Assembly (NCBI GenBank): GCA_018394315.1 | Contig: CP074575.1 | Span: 1,396,615-1,460,614 of the forward strand | Origin: Mycoplasmatota bacterium | GTDB lineage: Bacteria > Bacillota_I > Bacilli_A > MAG-NZ | DNA: 64,000 nt | Direction: 5' to 3' | Shown here: in pieces, positions 62,330-64,000 of the stretch | Position numbering within the stretch: the first letter of the stretch is position 1 | Layout of the letters: the number at the start of each line of letters is the position of its first letter | The notes under the pieces: generated by a model | The model's database searches: none | The model's input: the letters and a program-made list of their open reading frames with translations, nothing else | What the model was told of the DNA's origin: nothing | Made by a program: the position numbers and the translations under genes

Positions 62330-62439
62330 TGGCACCCCAGGAGAGATTCGAACTCTCTAAACACTAATTTAAGCTTATATATTATTAAGTTTTCAAGTAA
62401 TTATATCATACGACATGGAAACTGACTTTCCACCTTAGA
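62330..62439 (+). repeat. complete tRNA 3'-end (Arg-like) plus type A att-like repeat
   Basis: Minus strand GAGAG-TTCGAAT-CTCTC-CTGGGGT-G-CCA = T arm, acceptor 3' strand, discriminator, CCA; no anticodon or D arm. Confidence 0.93.
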
Positions 62440-62554
62440 AAAAAAGGTGAGATTATTTCTCACTTTTGACATTAACTGATTTTAGTACAAATAATACCTT
62501 TTATTGGTACCCTTAAACGTTCTGAGTAGGATAAATACCGATAATACCGTCGTT

Positions 62555-63730
62555 TCAATCACTTATAACTATCAAATTAGGTAAATGTAAATATTCACAA
62601 TGTATTATCAGTTCATTTTCGATAGCATCAGTTAGCGTTATTACCTTATCATCAACTAACAGTACATAATCAGAGAATGAACCTCCTATCATAGTGTAAT
62701 TACCAAAAGTTTCTTCATAATCAAGATCATAACTATTGGAAGCATTATAATACATAGGATTTTGATACATCCCGATATATACACCATTTCCATCAAAGTA
62801 ATTACTTATAATTTCTGGGACAAAGTGTTTTTCGTTCATAAACACTTTCTCTGCTGTAGTCTGACCAGGACCAGTTTCTAGGTAAATACCGAAAGTTATA
62901 TTAACGAGGTTACCAACTTTAAAATCGTTTGATACCCCATCGGCATACTCAGTTTTCTCACTAATAGAAACATATGTTAATCCCGGCTGGAATAAAGATT
63001 GTACTAAAATATCGTGCTCATCAAAATCAACAATTGGTCCAATTATGTTGTTGTTTACACCAACAATTGGTGGATAATATGCTTTTACTGCGGTGGCTGT
63101 CCAAGGATAACTGGATTTATCAAGATCTTTTACTTCAAATTCTAGATGATATCTCCATTGTTCTATCTCAGGGAATTCATCAGAGGTCTCTGTGTCTTCT
63201 AATATTTCAACCCATATATGACCAAAGTTTGATAGTTTATCGGGAATAAGTAATTTATTTCCTATTTTATCTCTAGGCCACCCACCAATCATATTTGCAT
63301 CGGATAACATTTTAGCCTCTTTGGTATAATCTCTTTTTTCACACGCTCCTTTTATGGAACATAATTCCTCTATAGATATCCCTAATTCTTTAATACTCGT
63401 TCTACCATTAATCTTATAATCTGGACCAGATAACATATATGCATTACCATCTTTGAAAGCAAATACTCCTGTATAACAATTACTCCCCCCCTGTCCAGAT
63501 ATTTTCCATTCGTTATTTAATAATACAGGCCATACAATATCTTCAGTACAATTTTCAGAAGAGATAGTGTCCCTTTTCCATATTTCATAATTGTTGATTT
63601 CACCTATATAGATAAGATCTTTCATTGGTATTTTGAATCTATCACTTATGATTGATGCACTAGGATTATTATTACATGAAGAAACTAATACTATTGTTGT
63701 CAAAATAATGAATACTTTAATATACTTCAC
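62555..63730 (-). CDS. cassette lipoprotein paralog 4 (near-identical to paralog 2)
   Basis: GTG start after AAGGGTGA; lipobox VSSC. Confidence 0.8.
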   Translation of the reverse strand: MKYIKVFIILTTIVLVSSCNNNPSASIISDRFKIPMKDLIYIGEINNYEIWKRDTISSENCTEDIVWPVLLNNEWKISGQGGSNCYTGVFAFKDGNAYMLSGPDYKINGRTSIKELGISIEELCSIKGACEKRDYTKEAKMLSDANMIGGWPRDKIGNKLLIPDKLSNFGHIWVEILEDTETSDEFPEIEQWRYHLEFEVKDLDKSSYPWTATAVKAYYPPIVGVNNNIIGPIVDFDEHDILVQSLFQPGLTYVSISEKTEYADGVSNDFKVGNLVNITFGIYLETGPGQTTAEKVFMNEKHFVPEIISNYFDGNGVYIGMYQNPMYYNASNSYDLDYEETFGNYTMIGGSFSDYVLLVDDKVITLTDAIENELIIHCEYLHLPNLIVISD

Positions 63731-63829
63731 AAAAATCACCCTTTCTCCACACTTGTACTCTAATAATATCATATCAGGCCCAAAAAAAAGAAAAATAGGT
63801 TCGATAGAGTAATATTTTGGATTAGAGAA

Positions 63830-63926
63830 GGATTCGAACTCTCTAAACACTGATTTAAGCTTATATATTATTAAGTTTTCAAAAGCATTATAACATACGA
63901 CATGGAAACTGGCTTTCCACCTTAGA
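63830..63926 (+). repeat. att-like repeat, type A, followed by a serpin-cassette leader
   Basis: Arm as at 46994/55292; 63927-64000 matches the leaders upstream of both serpins. Confidence 0.93.
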
Positions 63927-64000
63927 AAAAAACGAAAAATATTTTTCGTTTTTTAATGTAATGATAATAGAGAAAGATTCTCTACCCTACAGATATAACC

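Larger units (their letters stand above)
23789..64000. mobile_element. tandem gene-cassette array delimited by tRNA-3'-derived att-like repeats (continues past window end)
   Basis: About 20 same-orientation sites between unrelated gene modules; duplicated cassettes in different orders; integrase remnant. Confidence 0.75.

Noticed and set aside
62330..62410. Intact tRNA gene
   Set aside because: Only the T arm, acceptor 3' strand and CCA are present; upstream sequence cannot form anticodon or D arms or the 5' acceptor strand.
23789..63926. Repeats as a CRISPR array
   Set aside because: Units are ~100 bp and are separated by 0.2-10 kb of genes; there are no short spacers and no cas genes.
23789..63926. 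Classical integron attC sites or MITEs
   Set aside because: No RYYYAAC/GTTRRRY ends or full-length hairpin; no terminal inverted repeats or target duplications; orientation is uniform.

Overview
Low-GC bacterial DNA using genetic code 11 (TGA is a stop), most likely a Bacillota/Bacilli-type spore former. The window has two parts. (1) Bases 1 to ~23.5 kb are core chromosome: pepP, L20 leader-infC-rpmI-rplT, mscS, 6S RNA, argS, an M42 peptidase, a CsfG-like sRNA, rsmD-coaD-ylbJ, feoAB, a LysM amidase, and a flavinylated fumarate-reductase lipoprotein with CitA/CitB regulators. (2) From ~23.8 kb to the window end is a >40 kb array of accessory gene cassettes. These are separated by same-orientation copies of a ~95-125 bp element: 13 full copies plus about 8 partial or divergent ones. 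Each copy starts with the reverse complement of a tRNA T-loop (GATTCGAACTC). In several copies this extends into a tRNA 3' end with CCA. The conserved arm carries a leftward extended -10 box, a TGGAAA-N5-TTTCCA palindrome and a covarying hairpin. Near-identical cassettes (4 paralogous lipoproteins; 2 lipoprotein serpins plus a remnant and a further leader) recur with different neighbours. A frameshifted tyrosine-recombinase C-terminus, absent from the ORF track, lies beside one tRNA-end site. Together this suggests an integron-like, tRNA-att-derived cassette shuffling system; no intact integrase or intact tRNA is present in the window. Cargo includes an 8-Cys peptide with a radical SAM/SPASM enzyme, two TCS-ABC modules, spore-related genes and an IS3-family element.
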